Shown piece after piece: positions 38,041 through 47,637 of a stretch of 64,000 nucleotides of DNA; within the stretch, counting starts at the first letter, position 1, and each line of letters starts with the position of its first letter. The notes beneath the pieces are model-generated. The model saw only the letters and a program-made list of their open reading frames with translations, was not told the origin of the DNA and did not search any database. Source of the DNA: a plasmid. The stretch lies in sequence record NZ_CP084013.1; one strand, given 5' to 3'. Position numbers and translations under genes: made by a program.

Positions 38041-38456
38041 GTATCGAAACAAGCATCATATACACCACTTCGGATGGCAAGCAGTTCGATGACAGGCAGG
38101 AAGCGGAAACGCATGAGCAATGGCTGGCGGACGAACCGGAGGCGCGCGAGGCCGACAGGCAGCGCGGCTGGACCGACTACACACCGCCACAACCAGAATG
38201 GAAGCCGGAACCCAAACCGGCCACACCGGATATCACCGACCATGACGGACCGCGTTCGGTATCCGAAGCGGACTGGCTGGAATTCAATACGGAGGCCAAC
38301 GATTACGGGGTGCCCGACCGTGCGGGCCTGCAATCCGTCATCGATGTGATAGGCGAACACTACCTGCATCTCGCCCGCGAATGGGGTTGGAACGACACCG
38401 AGGTGCGCGACGCCATGTATGTGGAGACGAAACAGAGAGGATGGTGCAGGGAATGA
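38037..38456 (+). CDS. Hypothetical acidic protein (139 aa)
   Basis: 4-nt overlaps on both sides. Confidence 0.45.
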   Translation: MSIETSIIYTTSDGKQFDDRQEAETHEQWLADEPEAREADRQRGWTDYTPPQPEWKPEPKPATPDITDHDGPRSVSEADWLEFNTEANDYGVPDRAGLQSVIDVIGEHYLHLAREWGWNDTEVRDAMYVETKQRGWCRE

Positions 38457-39241
38457 GCGTCGTCACGCCCGAGATTCGTTTCTTCGCAGACTGTCACTGG
38501 TTGATGGCCGACAACATCATTCTGCTCAGAATCACGCCGATGTTACCGTACGAATGGTCGAACCTGAGAAGACTGTTCGACTGCAAATCCACATTCGAAA
38601 CACGAAGCGGACCGTTCGACTACTGGCGCATTCGCCTTGAATTCGACGGGAACCTGATCCACTGGACGGTTTCCGACGGCTGGTGGCATCCGAAAACAAC
38701 GACCTTCGACACCGACTATGAGACGACCATGACGGTCCTGTTCGGCGTCGGATACGACCAGTGGCGCAAGGACCGCGGCATCATGGACGAGGCCGACAAG
38801 GCCGTGAAACGGTTGAACGATTCAGGTATCCCCGCCACGCGCTCTTCGGATCCGGACTATCTGGTGTTCGAGGTCGGCGAAAGCGTGTTCCGTGCGCTAT
38901 TGTCCGCCGATCCGACGCATGCGGCAAGTCGGCTGATCGAAGCGGTCAGAAATCGCGGGAAGATTCTCGATGACTACCGTGAGGCCGTCGTCGGTCTTGG
39001 CAGGGTCGAGGCGTTGGATGCGGATGACGTGTATTGGGATGACCTGTTCTCGAACGGCGACCCGGTCGAAATCGGCGCCGTCATCTTCCAGACCCAACGC
39101 GGGGAGGAGCATCCCGTCGGCCTGGACCTGCTGATCATGTCGGATGGCACATGGCGGCCGGACGGTTTCGACACCGGCAAGGAAGGCGCTGCCGGCGACG
39201 TGCGCGACTATCTGGCCCAATGGATGAAGGAGCAATCATGA
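38453..39241 (+). CDS. Hypothetical protein (~262 aa)
   Basis: Start taken at MSVVTPEIRFF (ATGA overlap with upstream stop). Confidence 0.45.
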   Translation: MSVVTPEIRFFADCHWLMADNIILLRITPMLPYEWSNLRRLFDCKSTFETRSGPFDYWRIRLEFDGNLIHWTVSDGWWHPKTTTFDTDYETTMTVLFGVGYDQWRKDRGIMDEADKAVKRLNDSGIPATRSSDPDYLVFEVGESVFRALLSADPTHAASRLIEAVRNRGKILDDYREAVVGLGRVEALDADDVYWDDLFSNGDPVEIGAVIFQTQRGEEHPVGLDLLIMSDGTWRPDGFDTGKEGAAGDVRDYLAQWMKEQS

Positions 39242-39894
39242 TTGAACGCATCACCGTGGAGACCAACGATGAGACCGGCAACAATCCGGTCGAATACGAT
39301 TGGGAGTTCGACCCGGACGGTGTCTGCCACATGACCGGTGACGGGGACATGCCCGCCGTCTTCGAGGGGTCCGCCGCCATCGTGGAGGCGTTCAACCATG
39401 TCGGCATGAGCATCGTGAGCGGGGAGCGGACACCGCTGAAGGACGGCGATCACGCACTGCTCGCCCTTCTTGCCGCCGTCCTCGCCACCCTCGTCCCGTT
39501 CGTGGAGGGGAAGGACGGCGACCAAGTGGGATTCATGATGGGCGATACATCGAACGGCTTCAACGTCAATATCACGTCGGCGGAGTTCCTGGCCTGCTGC
39601 CGCTCCATGTGGATCGGCGCAGATGTCCTCCGTGGATTCGGCCGATATCTGAACTTCCGTTGGAATACGGTCCGCGAGGCGTGGGTGGAAGCCGGTTCCG
39701 GTCTCGCGTTCATCGGGGCGGACAGTCAGGTGGCATACATGCTGGAGACCGCCACGTCGAAAGGCGACAGCATCCGCTTCGACCCCATGGAAGGCAAGGA
39801 GGAAACCGTCCAACTGTTCCGTCTCCTGTTGGAGACGGCGAAATGCGCGGACATCCCGGTCCGATTCGCAGGAGGCCTCCGACAAGGTGAATGA
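39238..39894 (+). CDS. Hypothetical protein (~218 aa)
   Basis: Start taken at MIERITVETNDE (ATGA overlap with upstream stop). Confidence 0.45.
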   Translation: MIERITVETNDETGNNPVEYDWEFDPDGVCHMTGDGDMPAVFEGSAAIVEAFNHVGMSIVSGERTPLKDGDHALLALLAAVLATLVPFVEGKDGDQVGFMMGDTSNGFNVNITSAEFLACCRSMWIGADVLRGFGRYLNFRWNTVREAWVEAGSGLAFIGADSQVAYMLETATSKGDSIRFDPMEGKEETVQLFRLLLETAKCADIPVRFAGGLRQGE

Positions 39895-41147
39895 CGCACG
39901 AGATAACGACGATAGCATTCGTTCTAAGCAGCGAGACGGTAAAACGGAAGTTAGTCAACCAAACCGTATCCGGGAAGAAAGAAAGACTAATGGGAAGACA
40001 TGCCGCCTCAAGACCCGGCCGACTCCGTCCTCAGCACAATACTGACGACATTTCGCTCCGGAATATTGAAGAGAACACCGTTCCTAAGAGAGAAGACAGA
40101 CAATCACAAGGAGTGGGTTACCGGCTGTTGCAATTGTTCGCAGGCATGTCGATTTTCCTCGCCATCATCCTAGTAATGCACGTCGGATGGGTATACATCG
40201 GCAACGGAATGGACCAGATCCACACCCAACAAACCATCGTCACCAACCAAGGATTCAAAACAGCCCAACCCACTAAAACCGACGGTTCAACCCGCATCGC
40301 CAAACCCCAAACCGGAGAACCACCCACCGAACCGGAACCCGAATACTCGACAGTGATCGGCTGGATGCGAATCCCCCGGTTCGGCACCGAATGGCAACGA
40401 GCCATCCAAGAAGGCACCGATCTGCAAGTCCTTGACAACTACGGTATCGGACACTATCAAGGAACCGTCATGCCCGGAAGCATCGGCAACAGCTCCTACG
40501 CCGGACACCGCACCCCCGGCGACCTAGGGCCGGCGGACACGTTGAAACCCGGGGATCCGATCATCATTCAGACAGCCGACCACTGGTACGTGTATGAAAT
40601 GCAATCATCTTGGATGACGACCCCCGATGATGCCGCCGTCATCGCCGACCAGACAGACCAAAAAGACGCGCGCCTCATCACGCTCACCACCTGTAAATAC
40701 TCGCTAGATGAACAGGACAGTCTGAGTGCTAGACTCATCGTCCGCGGACGGTTCAAATATTGGGCCAACACTGCTGACGGAATACCGCAAGAACTTGCCC
40801 CCAAACAATCAACTCCCATACAACAGGCAAAAGCCACCATCGCACGCAGTATCCAAAAAGCCAGCAAATACGCTCCAGTCAGCCAACTCCTGTTCACCGC
40901 AACACTAACAATCTGGTGCATCCTCACAGGCCTGTCATGGCTCATCTGGCACAAAGACCGCCAGAAGAAAACAACATCATGGAACCTCATGACACTAATC
41001 TGGCGCATCCAATCAGGCCCAATCATCCTACGCGCAACCACCTGCCTATTCTTCTGGGTAACGCTACTATTCGCCGAATGGGCATGGATCAGCCCACTAC
41101 TTTCCCAACCAATCACACTATCCACCGGTACCGCCACCCTAAACTAA
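39891..41147 (+). CDS. Sortase, class E-like (LAXTG-recognising type), with N-terminal TM and extra C-terminal TM helices
   Basis: NSSYAGHRTPGDLGPADTLKPGDPIII...LITLTTCKY (His...TLXTC) catalytic signature. Hydrophobic N-terminal anchor. C-terminal multi-TM extension. Confidence 0.75.
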   Translation: MTHEITTIAFVLSSETVKRKLVNQTVSGKKERLMGRHAASRPGRLRPQHNTDDISLRNIEENTVPKREDRQSQGVGYRLLQLFAGMSIFLAIILVMHVGWVYIGNGMDQIHTQQTIVTNQGFKTAQPTKTDGSTRIAKPQTGEPPTEPEPEYSTVIGWMRIPRFGTEWQRAIQEGTDLQVLDNYGIGHYQGTVMPGSIGNSSYAGHRTPGDLGPADTLKPGDPIIIQTADHWYVYEMQSSWMTTPDDAAVIADQTDQKDARLITLTTCKYSLDEQDSLSARLIVRGRFKYWANTADGIPQELAPKQSTPIQQAKATIARSIQKASKYAPVSQLLFTATLTIWCILTGLSWLIWHKDRQKKTTSWNLMTLIWRIQSGPIILRATTCLFFWVTLLFAEWAWISPLLSQPITLSTGTATLN

Positions 41148-41273
41148 AAACATCAGGCAATACGCAAAACCCGTACGCCAACAACAACCGGTGACAAAGA
41201 AGGGTCGACGCGCGTCGTTCGGACAGAGAACCGGAAAACGCGCACCGACCCTTTCCACACAGTATAGCGTGCC

Positions 41274-41984
41274 CTAGCCGAGCAGACGATAATATCCCAT
41301 GCCGGGCATGACGGCCGTGACCTTCGTGCCATCGACCGGGTTCATCGCATGGATCATCAGACCGTTGCCGATGTAAATGCCCGCATGCCCCGCGTTTGCC
41401 ATAAGATCACCCGGCTGCGGGTCAGTAACGGGCGTGCCGACCGTGGCCTGCATGCCGGACGGGTGCGGCAATTGGATGCCGAACCGCGCGTACACGTATT
41501 GGGTGAAACCACTGCAATCCCAGCCGGCAGGCGTATTGCCCCCGTACACGTATGGCGCGCCCTGGTATTGGAGCGCGTAGGAGACCAGGGCGGCGGCCGT
41601 ATCCGAGGCGGGTTTCTCCTTGTCACCTGTCGTCGGCGCCGATATGACCGGTGTGCGTGGTTCGGCGCGTGACGCAGCCTCCGACTGTCGCGCCTGTTCG
41701 GCTTGGATGCGCGTGGCCTGTTCCTCGGGGCTTTCCGTATGCGGCACGTCCAAGGTTTCGATGCCTCCCCATGAGCCGTCCACGTCGGTCGATACGGCCT
41801 CACTGAACGAACGATGCGGAACCAAGTGTTTCGGGAACGATCTGACACTGCTCGCCATGTGGATTGGAGCCGAATCGACGGCGTCCGCCCATGCCGGGAT
41901 CGTCGGCATGGCGAGCATGACGATTGGCAGGAGAACCGTCAGGACAATGGGAGCTCTTCTAATAGTGGATGTACTGGTATGCAT
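41274..41984 (-). CDS. Secreted NlpC/P60 (C40) peptidoglycan endopeptidase
   Basis: Signal peptide. C-terminal domain with YVYGGNTPAGWDCSGFTQYVYARFGIQLPH...GHAGIYIGNGLMIHA (Cys-His-His catalytic arrangement of NlpC/P60). Confidence 0.8.
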   Translation of the reverse strand: MHTSTSTIRRAPIVLTVLLPIVMLAMPTIPAWADAVDSAPIHMASSVRSFPKHLVPHRSFSEAVSTDVDGSWGGIETLDVPHTESPEEQATRIQAEQARQSEAASRAEPRTPVISAPTTGDKEKPASDTAAALVSYALQYQGAPYVYGGNTPAGWDCSGFTQYVYARFGIQLPHPSGMQATVGTPVTDPQPGDLMANAGHAGIYIGNGLMIHAMNPVDGTKVTAVMPGMGYYRLLG

Positions 41985-42711
41985 GCGTCTGTTTCGCCTC
42001 GATGGTGCGTCGGAACGGGCCGACCTGCCCGTTCACATTGGCTTCGCTAATCTCGATGGAACCGTCGCCGTTGACCTTCTCCACGATGGCGACGTGCCCC
42101 CATGCGTTGTTGACCTGCGCCGGGCTGAACACGATCACATCCCCTTGTCGGGGAGTATCATCCACCCAATAGCCGAGCGCCTTGGCGGAATCGGCCCACA
42201 TGCCGCCATCCCCCAGATGGCTACCGACCGGCAATCCCAGTTGCGCGCGCCGCACATACGCCCACCATGTGCATTGCCCGTACGCGTACGCATTGCCCGT
42301 GTCGCCGGTCGCATGGTCCGGATTGAATCCGGTCGGAGTCTGATCCTCGTCGCGCCCGTTGATCAGGTCACGGACCACTGGATTGTCCGCGTGGATGATG
42401 GTGAGCTTGCGGTCCGGCTGGTCGCCCATATCCCATGTGCCGTCCGCCGTGAGGTCTCCCCTTTGACTGCTCCTGCTAGCCGCATCATCGATGCTTGATG
42501 CTGTCAACTGTTCCGTGGTTAATGCGGTGGACTGGTTGAAACGTTCACCTGCGTATGCGGTTTCATTATGCGGCAGAAAAAGACATGCCATTCCGCCTGA
42601 CAAAATCATTGCCGACATCAGACATAGGGCGACACGTCGTTGGAATCGGTTCTTCCTTCTTACGGCTGATCGGCTTACTGGTTGAACGGTCTTATGTGCT
42701 GCCCCGCTCAA
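41959..42711 (-). CDS. Secreted CHAP-domain amidase/peptidase
   Basis: YGQCTWWAY...GHVAIVE (CHAP Cys/His signature). N-terminal TM/signal. Overlaps the NlpC/P60 gene by ~26 nt. Confidence 0.75.
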   Translation of the reverse strand: MSGAAHKTVQPVSRSAVRRKNRFQRRVALCLMSAMILSGGMACLFLPHNETAYAGERFNQSTALTTEQLTASSIDDAASRSSQRGDLTADGTWDMGDQPDRKLTIIHADNPVVRDLINGRDEDQTPTGFNPDHATGDTGNAYAYGQCTWWAYVRRAQLGLPVGSHLGDGGMWADSAKALGYWVDDTPRQGDVIVFSPAQVNNAWGHVAIVEKVNGDGSIEISEANVNGQVGPFRRTIEAKQTHAYQYIHY

Positions 42712-43166
42712 TCTGCACGCTCCTGAATAAATTCCGGAGAGGCGATGTTGTCGTCGAACCGGTAGGTGTCGGGTTGTCCGAGCATGCGTCGGAGAAGAGG
42801 CGAATGCCGGGTGACGAGCCGGTTGAACCAGCCTTTAGCCTGCCAGGTCACGTTGATTACACGCCCGTTCTCATTATCCACTGAGGCTTGATGCACGACT
42901 TGTTCACGACCTTGAGCTGTTTGACGGCCTGCTGGCAGGAAGATGAAAGCGATTTTCTGCCCGGCGTATATGTCTGCGGGAATAATGGTGTTATCGATGA
43001 ATATCTTAATTCTTCGCATCGGCGCAGCATCCTTTTTTAAGACAACGTTCTGGAAGATTGACCGGCTTTTCCTGTTCCGAAGTTGGGTGGAGGAAAACCG
43101 GACGGATACTACGATTATCATTCGTTCAAAGAACGATTCTTGAAGAAAATCTGAAAACCGTGGCAT
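42708..43166 (-). CDS. Hypothetical protein, start uncertain, in AT-rich segment
   Basis: ORF in lower-GC DNA adjacent to the IS607 left end. Likely real start at internal Met (MRRIKIFIDN...). Confidence 0.3.
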   Translation of the reverse strand: MPRFSDFLQESFFERMIIVVSVRFSSTQLRNRKSRSIFQNVVLKKDAAPMRRIKIFIDNTIIPADIYAGQKIAFIFLPAGRQTAQGREQVVHQASVDNENGRVINVTWQAKGWFNRLVTRHSPLLRRMLGQPDTYRFDDNIASPEFIQERAD

Positions 43167-43241
43167 TAACCCGCTTTAGGGCTGTTGCCTGTTACCGAAC
43201 TGTTTTGTTTTCTTAAGTAATCCTATGTTATAATAAATCCC

Positions 43242-43835
43242 ATGTTGGTAAAGGAATGGGCCAGACTGGAAGGATTGCATCCGCAGACCGTGTGGAAATG
43301 GTGCCGTCAGGGCACCATGCCCGTTCCTGTGGAACAGACGCCGACCGGCATGTGGCTCATCCACGACCCGAAATACGAGACCATGCCGCAATCGAAAAGC
43401 ATGGAACCCCGCACCGTCTGCTATGCGCGAGTATCCAGCGGCGACCAAAAGAACGACCTGCAACGTCAAGCCGACCGGTTGAAGGCGTTCGCTCTGAACA
43501 TGGGTGTCGAGCGGCCGGAGGTGGTCATGGAGACCGGTTCAGGCATGGACGACAGGCGGCGCAAGCTCAACCGGCTATTGTCCGACCCGACCGTGGGCAC
43601 GCTGATCGTGGAGCACAGGGACAGGCTCGCCCGCATGAACGCGGGACTGGTGGAGAGCGCGTTGAAGGCGCAGGGACGCCGAATCATCGTGGTGGACGAC
43701 ACGGAGCTGGACGACGATCTGGTGCGCGACATGACCGAGGTGCTGACCTCGTTCTGCGCGAGACTGTACGGACGCCGCGCGGCCAAGCATCGTGCGGAGA
43801 AGGCGTTGGAGGCGATGCGCGATGAGCGCGTATGA
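43242..43835 (+). CDS. tnpA: IS607-type serine recombinase transposase (MerR-like HTH + resolvase catalytic domain)
   Basis: N-terminal HTH (MLVKEWARLEGLHPQTVWKWCRQG). Catalytic CYARVSSGDQ serine motif. 197 aa. Confidence 0.85.
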   Translation: MLVKEWARLEGLHPQTVWKWCRQGTMPVPVEQTPTGMWLIHDPKYETMPQSKSMEPRTVCYARVSSGDQKNDLQRQADRLKAFALNMGVERPEVVMETGSGMDDRRRKLNRLLSDPTVGTLIVEHRDRLARMNAGLVESALKAQGRRIIVVDDTELDDDLVRDMTEVLTSFCARLYGRRAAKHRAEKALEAMRDERV

Positions 43836-45144
43836 GGCCGTTAGGATTCGGCTCGACCCAACCCCACGGCAGACACGGCTGTTGGAATCCCATGCGGGCG
43901 GCGCGCGTTTCGCATACAATCTGATGCTCGCTCACGTCCAGCGCCAAATCTCCTTGGGTGAGAAACCGGACTGGACGTTGTACGCGATGCGCCGCTGGTG
44001 GAACGAGTGGAAGGACGAAATCGCCCCGTGGTGGCGGGAGAACAGCAAGGAGGCGTACAACAGCGCGTTTGAATGGCTGTCCCAAGCGTTGAGGAACTGG
44101 TCGGACAGCAGGAAGGGCAGGCGCGCGGGCCGCAGGGTGGGCTGGCCGAAATACAAGTCGAAACGCTCCGGTGTCCCGCGTTTCGCATACACGACCGGCA
44201 GCTTCGGCCTTATCGAGGACGACCCGAAGGCGTTGAAACTGCCACGCATCGGACGCGTGCACTGCATGGAGAACGCCACCGAACGCGTCCACGGCAGACG
44301 AATCGTGCGCATGACCGTCAGTCGCCATGCGGGCTTCTGGTATGCGGCCCTCACCGTCGAACGTCCCACCGAAAGCGTTCCCGCGAAAAACAGAAAACAG
44401 AAGAACCGTAATCGTCAGGTCGGCGTGGATTTGGGCGTCAGGACCCTCGCCACCCTCTCGGATGGCACCACGTTCCCCAATCCACGCAACTACGTCCGCA
44501 TGCAACGGAAACTCCGCCACGCCCAACAGGCGTTAAGCCGCCGCGACAGGGGCATGAGCCATGGATGCGGGTCGAAACGGTACAACAGGGCGTTGGGGCG
44601 CGTGCGCCGAATCCACGCCCGCATAGCCGCCCAACGAGCCGACAACATCAGCAAGCTCACCACGTGGCTCGCCGACAATTATTCCGACATCAGCATCGAA
44701 GACCTCAACGTGCAAGGCATGAGCCATAACAGGAGGCTTGCCAAACACATACTGGACGCGGACTTCCACGAGTTCCGCCGCCAACTGGAATACAAGACCG
44801 CACGCGCCGGCACGAGGCTCCATGTCATCGACCGCTGGTATCCAAGCTCGAAGACCTGTTCGAACTGCGGGACGGTGAAAGCCAAACTGCCCCTGTCCGA
44901 ACGCGTCTACCATTGCGGCAAGTGCGGACTTGTCATCGACCGTGATGTGAACGCGGCCATCAACATCCAAGTCGCCGGGAGTGCCCCGGAGACGTTAAAC
45001 GCGCGTGGAGGAAGCGTAAGACAGACCCGCCTTGAGTGCGGGACAATGCGGCATCCGGCGAAACGCGAACCAAGCGGCGGCGACAGTCGCGTGAGACTTG
45101 GAGCTGGTCTCGGCAACGAGGCCATGCAGATGACTCCGCTCTAG
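43825..45144 (+). CDS. tnpB: TnpB (OrfB) of the IS607 element
   Basis: Start taken at MSAYEAVRIRLDPTPRQ. C-terminal CSNCG...CGKCG zinc finger + DRDVNAAINI. Confidence 0.85.
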   Translation, partial: SAYEAVRIRLDPTPRQTRLLESHAGGARFAYNLMLAHVQRQISLGEKPDWTLYAMRRWWNEWKDEIAPWWRENSKEAYNSAFEWLSQALRNWSDSRKGRRAGRRVGWPKYKSKRSGVPRFAYTTGSFGLIEDDPKALKLPRIGRVHCMENATERVHGRRIVRMTVSRHAGFWYAALTVERPTESVPAKNRKQKNRNRQVGVDLGVRTLATLSDGTTFPNPRNYVRMQRKLRHAQQALSRRDRGMSHGCGSKRYNRALGRVRRIHARIAAQRADNISKLTTWLADNYSDISIEDLNVQGMSHNRRLAKHILDADFHEFRRQLEYKTARAGTRLHVIDRWYPSSKTCSNCGTVKAKLPLSERVYHCGKCGLVIDRDVNAAINIQVAGSAPETLNARGGSVRQTRLECGTMRHPAKREPSGGDSRVRLGAGLGNEAMQMTPL

Positions 45145-45162
45145 CGACAAGCTAAAACAAAG

Positions 45163-45438
45163 TCATCTACAACGGTGCAACATGTCCACTAGTTTCTGTG
45201 GTATTCCGTCCTCGATATCCCATTCGACGGTTTCGAACCGGCTGTTCGAGGCGGCGGCCCGATCGTCGCCAACCTCAATGCTCACATCGGAGCCGTCCGG
45301 GAAATACTTGATCAACGTCATAGTGCCGCGGCCGGGCGGAAAGCTCACGTGGAACCCGCCGCCCAATGCGGTGGCGATATCGACCGCATTGCATGCTGCC
45401 TCGCCGCTCACATAGGTCAGCCGTTCGCATTCATCCAT
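45163..45438 (-). CDS. Hypothetical small protein (~91 aa)
   Basis: Genuine-looking C-terminal part of track ORF 45163..45660 starting at MMDECERLTYVSGEAACNAVDIA... Confidence 0.3.
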   Translation of the reverse strand: MDECERLTYVSGEAACNAVDIATALGGGFHVSFPPGRGTMTLIKYFPDGSDVSIEVGDDRAAASNSRFETVEWDIEDGIPQKLVDMLHRCR

Positions 45439-45932
45439 CATTCGCCGTCCCCGTTGTTCTTCCGATACTCTTCGCTGGCGATGTACGTGACCGCGAAGTC
45501 GGCTATCTGGTCGCGCAGCCTCGGAAACGCCTCCCTGCCCGCCTTCTGGCGCCGGTCCATGATCCATGCGAACAAGCCGAAAAGGATGCAGCCGCCCAGC
45601 AGCCCGTAGCAGTTCGCGTCGGCCGGCTGATGCGATGAAAGGGCCGCCAGGCCTGCCCACCAGCCGATGCCGAGCATGATGCCAAGCGCGTGCATGCCGA
45701 TCGCGAACGGGGTCTCGTCATCATCCACGATGTCCAGCCAGCATTGCAATCCAAGGACGACGAGCAGGAACGCGACAAGCCACAACGGCGAGTGGAGAAG
45801 TCCGACGAGCAGCGGCGTATGGTTCGCGGCCAGCCAGGCGAGGATCGGCCCGTGGTTGAATGCGAACACGATCGCCATAATAAATAGGACGATCGCCGTC
45901 CACGCGAGACGGCGCACGGCTTCCAGACTCAT
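45438..45932 (-). CDS. Membrane protein (164 aa, 4-5 TM)
   Basis: Hydrophobic helices throughout (LAWTAIVLFIMAIVFAF; LWLVAFLLVVLGLQCW; LGIMLGIGWWAGLAAL; CILFGLFAWIM). Confidence 0.45.
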   Translation of the reverse strand: MSLEAVRRLAWTAIVLFIMAIVFAFNHGPILAWLAANHTPLLVGLLHSPLWLVAFLLVVLGLQCWLDIVDDDETPFAIGMHALGIMLGIGWWAGLAALSSHQPADANCYGLLGGCILFGLFAWIMDRRQKAGREAFPRLRDQIADFAVTYIASEEYRKNNGDGE

Positions 45933-46011
45933 GATTCCTCCCCCTGCTGCCTTCCTGTCCGATTCAGCCGATCATGCCGCAGTTCCGCGGCCCACCAATC
46001 GTATGTGTTCA

Positions 46012-46608
46012 TCATCGCCTGCCCTCCATCATCAAATCCAATATGACGGCCAATGGCACCACGTCATGACTGGCGTGGGCCTTACACACGGGACCGTACC
46101 AGCCGGTTTCGGGCATATCCTCACAGTCGGGGCCGTCCGTCCGCATCCAACGGCGGATCGCGACCACGGGTTTGCCGCAGGATTCGTAGTCGCCGTCGCG
46201 GGATACGCCGGCCGTGCATCCTAGACGCAGCCAGGACGGGTCGCATAAGGCGAAGACGCGCATCGGGTCGTATGGCCATACGCCCGATAGCGGTGGCATG
46301 AGCGACGGATCATGCTTCCAGCAGCCGGCATCGGCCACGGCCTTCAACACCTCCGATAGCGGGACGACATCATGGTTGGCATGCAGCTTGCACGCGGGTC
46401 CGTAGACGCCCTCCTTGGGTAAAAATTCGCTATCGTCGTACCCGTCGTCGCGTGTCCAACGGCGGATGGCGACCGGCGGCCTGCCGCACTGTTTGAAATT
46501 CTCGCCCTTCCAGCAGCCGGCCGCGCAGCCGAGCCGCAGGGCCAACGGGTTGCATCGTTCGGCGATGAGCTTCGGATCGTACGGCGTTGGTTTCTTGCAT
46601 TTGGTCAT
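46012..46608 (-). CDS. Cys-rich protein made of two tandem ~95-aa repeats (hypothetical)
   Basis: Internal duplication: ..DPKLIAERCNPLALRLGCAAGCW...CGRPPVAIRRWTRDDG...GVYGPACKLHANHDVVPL.. repeated as ..DPMRVFALCDPSWLRLGCTAGVS...CGKPVVAIRRWMRTDG...GWYGPVCKAHASHDVVPL.. Confidence 0.5.
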   Translation of the reverse strand: MTKCKKPTPYDPKLIAERCNPLALRLGCAAGCWKGENFKQCGRPPVAIRRWTRDDGYDDSEFLPKEGVYGPACKLHANHDVVPLSEVLKAVADAGCWKHDPSLMPPLSGVWPYDPMRVFALCDPSWLRLGCTAGVSRDGDYESCGKPVVAIRRWMRTDGPDCEDMPETGWYGPVCKAHASHDVVPLAVILDLMMEGRR

Positions 46609-46664
46609 TGCTTTTTCTCGTTTCCGACTTTACTTTATATACCTTATATGGTATATTTATGGGT

Positions 46665-47024
46665 ATGTGGCAGATAGAGATGGAACCCATCAAGGACTGG
46701 CTTGACGGACTTGACAAACAGACCGCCTACCAGGTCTACGCGGCCCTTGACCTCCTTCGGGAACGCGGACCGAACCTCAAACGCCCCCTGGTGGGGAAAA
46801 TCGAGGGCTCCATCATCGGCTCCATGAAGGAACTGAGACCCGGTTCGACAGGTCGAAGCGAAGTCCGAATCCTGTTCGTCTTCGACCCGGAACGCAAAGC
46901 GGTCCTATTGGTCGGCGGAGACAAACAGAACAAATGGAACAAATGGTATAAGACAGCCATCCGCGAAGCCGAACGACGGTACATCCGGTGGCTGGAAGAA
47001 CAACATGGGAAGGACACGAAATGA
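46665..47024 (+). CDS. Type II toxin, Gp49/HigB-like (RelE/ParE superfamily; phage-derived killer protein DUF891)
   Basis: MWQIEMEPIKDWLDGLDKQT...GKIEGS...MKELRPGS...RILFVFDPERKAVLLVGGDKQNK. Paired with a downstream XRE HTH with ATGA overlap. Near-palindrome TACCTTATATGGTA just upstream (possible operator). Confidence 0.7.
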   Translation: MWQIEMEPIKDWLDGLDKQTAYQVYAALDLLRERGPNLKRPLVGKIEGSIIGSMKELRPGSTGRSEVRILFVFDPERKAVLLVGGDKQNKWNKWYKTAIREAERRYIRWLEEQHGKDTK

Positions 47025-47329
47025 GCTACACGTTGGAGGACTTCAAGGCCGATCACGACCTTGACCAGAAGACCATCGACGAGCGCAAGGAACAGCTTCT
47101 TGAGGAGATGCGCCTGTATGAGCTGAAAGAAGCGCGCAAACAGCAGGACGTGACCCAGAAGCAGCTCGCCGAACGCATGGGCGTCAGCCAGAAGCGGGTC
47201 AGCAGTCTCGAATCCGGCGACGTCGACAAGACCGAAATCCGTACGCTGCGCCGCTATCTCGACGCCATCGGCGGCAGGCTTCAGGTCAACGCGATCATGC
47301 CGGACGGGCGCACCCTGCAACTGGTCTGA
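47021..47329 (+). CDS. XRE-family HTH antitoxin (HigA-like) partner of the Gp49-like toxin
   Basis: ...ARKQQDVTQKQLAERMGVSQKRVSSLESGDVDKTEIRTLRRYLDAIGGRL. Start MSYTLEDFK overlaps the toxin stop. Confidence 0.75.
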   Translation: MSYTLEDFKADHDLDQKTIDERKEQLLEEMRLYELKEARKQQDVTQKQLAERMGVSQKRVSSLESGDVDKTEIRTLRRYLDAIGGRLQVNAIMPDGRTLQLV

Positions 47330-47343
47330 GATCAGGTAACCCG

Positions 47344-47637
47344 TCATGCCACCGGCTTCCACCCCAGATTCGGTTTCCCCGCCTTCATCCACGCCTTGTA
47401 GTTGATGCGATGCCGGCGGGTCAGACCGTGGATGACGTATTTCAGTTCGGCGATGAAGCCGGATACCGTACGCGTACTGTCATCCTCGATGAGGGTCTCA
47501 TCGCAGGGAATGCAGGACAGGCCGCATGTCGGGTTCGGCCAATGCGGGACGAGGAGAAGGAAGCCCAACGCCAGAAGGCCGAATACGACGGGAAAAGTGA
47601 CGAATCCGGCGGCATATCCAATCCAGAACATGCTCAT
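47344..47637 (-). CDS. Small membrane protein (~97 aa)
   Basis: Start taken at MSMFWIGYAAGFVTFPVVFGLLALGFLLLV (internal Met of track ORF), adjacent to the stop of the upstream small gene. Confidence 0.35.
   Translation of the reverse strand: MSMFWIGYAAGFVTFPVVFGLLALGFLLLVPHWPNPTCGLSCIPCDETLIEDDSTRTVSGFIAELKYVIHGLTRRHRINYKAWMKAGKPNLGWKPVA

Larger units (their letters stand above)
43230..45170 (+). mobile_element. IS607-family insertion sequence (serine-recombinase TnpA + TnpB)
   Basis: MerR-HTH/resolvase-type TnpA with overlapping TnpB; flanked by AT-rich DNA. Boundaries approximate. Confidence 0.7.
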
